Positions 63,958 through 64,000 of a stretch of 64,000 nt of DNA are shown here, in pieces. Position 1 is the stretch's first letter. Each line of letters starts with the position of its first letter. The translations under genes were made by a program, and so were the position numbers. This stretch comes from a virus. The notes under the pieces are model-generated. The model saw only the letters and a program-made list of their open reading frames with translations, did no database searches and was not told the DNA's origin. Location of the stretch: positions 98,498-162,497 of the IMG/VR virus record IMGVR_UViG_3300017917_005108. One strand, 5' to 3'.

Positions 63958-64000
63958 CTTGGGGAAGAACTCGTGCTTCAGTTTGTTGCCTTGTTCTTTA

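Noticed and set aside
1-64000. Stop-codon reassignment
   Set aside because: Core genes translate full length in the standard code, and TAA, TAG and TGA all end genes.

Overview
AT-rich 64 kb segment of a large T4-like (Tevenvirinae-related) myophage genome. Core T4-type genes are recognisable: gp47 (partial), late sigma gp55, uvsW, uvsY, gp15, portal gp20, gp13, gp4, gp21, a gp67-like core protein, gp22, gp23, a gp5-like baseplate hub, nrdA/nrdB, phoH, a DinG-like helicase, a tail fibre with an S74 chaperone and a lysis region. Accessory content: (i) a 7-deazaguanine DNA-modification pathway (folE, queD, queE dispersed; a compact minus-strand operon of DpdA/TGT-like, PurN-like formyltransferase, GMP reductase, DUF1599-like, nucleotide kinase and queF), consistent with formylated preQ1 in DNA; (ii) a nine-gene glycosylation island with three fucosyltransferase families and glf; (iii) about 13 ORFs beginning with a T4 internal-protein-like capsid-targeting leader (M-x-[TS]-F-x-x-[FY]-...-E), including a nuclease / ligase-fold / HxGH nucleotidyltransferase trio, a retropepsin-like protease and a lysozyme, suggesting a head-packaged, injected enzyme set; (iv) a late-promoter motif TAAATA placed 5-7 nt before the start codon at 24 genes, implying leaderless mRNAs. 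The last ~3.7 kb is visibly more GC-rich, with small minus-strand early-type genes and a tRNA(CAU). A few proteins hint at a Verrucomicrobiota host (inference). All family assignments come from motif recognition by eye; no searches were run.
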